Positions 63,121 to 64,000 of a stretch of DNA of 64,000 bases are shown one piece after another. This DNA is from Mobula birostris (lineage: Eukaryota). A model generated the notes under the pieces. It was given only the letters and a program-made list of their open reading frames with translations. It did no database searches and was not told the DNA's origin. Both the position numbers and the translations under genes were made by a program. The stretch's first letter is position 1, and each line of letters begins with the position of its first letter. The stretch spans positions 479,471-543,470 of the forward strand of contig NC_092398.1 in assembly GCF_030028105.1 (NCBI RefSeq). The letters are read 5' to 3'.

Positions 63121-64000
63121 CACATCTTCTTCAGACCCTCAGAAATCTCAGTCAATTTTGTAAGACTCGACTCCACCACACAAAGCCACGCTGACATCTC
63201 CCCAGTAAGATCATGCTTTCCTAGAAGTGATATCTGCATCAAGCTAAGATCATTGTGGAATGATCTGTTTTGCTATGACCAAGGCATGATTATTTACTGG
63301 CCTCATGTCTGGGGTTGACCTATAACCGTTCACTGAGATTTCTTGTATTATTGGTCAGAGGCATCCGTTCTCTTCTCAGTCATGCACGACCTGTTTGATA
63401 GCGCAGGTCACTGTATGGAGGCAGAGAGTGAGAAATCCTGGCTGATTTCCACTGCATCTTTCCCTTCTCATGGGGGTCACTTAATATGGGAGGGTAAATG
63501 TTCCAACTTCATCAGTTCTGAGGTACACATTCACTTCATTGATAAGTTGATAGCCATGATGAAATAGTGGGTCAGGCTCGATGGGCCAAATGGCCTAATC
63601 CTGTTCCTAGGCCTTTTGGTCTGTCTCAGGTATATTACTGCTTTGCATGAAATTTATTGTTTAATGACGGTACTAAAGTGGAAAGATATAAAATGACGAA
63701 ATTGCAAAATCAAATAAATACTGCAGAAAGAAGGGATAGTGATGTAGTGTTCGTGGATTCACGGTCTGTTGAGAAATTTAATGGCGGTGGGGAAGGAACC
63801 GTTCCTGAATCACTGAGTCTCCTGTATCTTCTCCCGGATGTCTAGTCTTATTCCAGTCGGAGTGCATCTTCTGCACCAGTTGACATTAGAAACTGGGAAT
63901 CTGCTCCTGCAGTCCAGTGGCAAGCAGTCAGCTGAGTCATCAAACATTCGTATCCTTGCCTAATGCCTTCTTTTGCCCTCCGTCGGCAGGGTGAGGCTGC

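Overview
This is vertebrate-type genomic DNA, most likely from a cartilaginous fish such as a ray; that is inferred from the mix of CR1, Rex1/Babar, Penelope-like and DeuSINE repeats. The window is mostly nested, decayed transposable elements plus an unusually dense set of GC-rich minisatellites, with one assembly gap (47819-48177). The only credible host coding feature is a 172-bp first coding exon in a CpG-rich island (32432-32603, +). It resembles an alternative N-terminal exon of NHSL3/KIAA1522, which would make the rest of the window upstream or intronic DNA. Nearly all ORFs in the track are TE fragments or repeat artefacts. The most notable structures are: (1) many Penelope-associated minimal hammerhead ribozyme motifs, including a tandem array of them; (2) a twice-present composite Tc1/mariner-like element whose ends are each a palindromic mini-MITE enclosing a captured LINE tail; (3) a Chapaev3 transposon with intact ends and TAA TSD; (4) minisatellites born from TE segments, and one satellite unit present at two loci in opposite orientation; (5) a bipartite RTE derivative. 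I found no evidence for a wholly new protein-coding system. Family assignments come from recalled motifs, not database searches, and TE boundaries are approximate unless a TSD is quoted.
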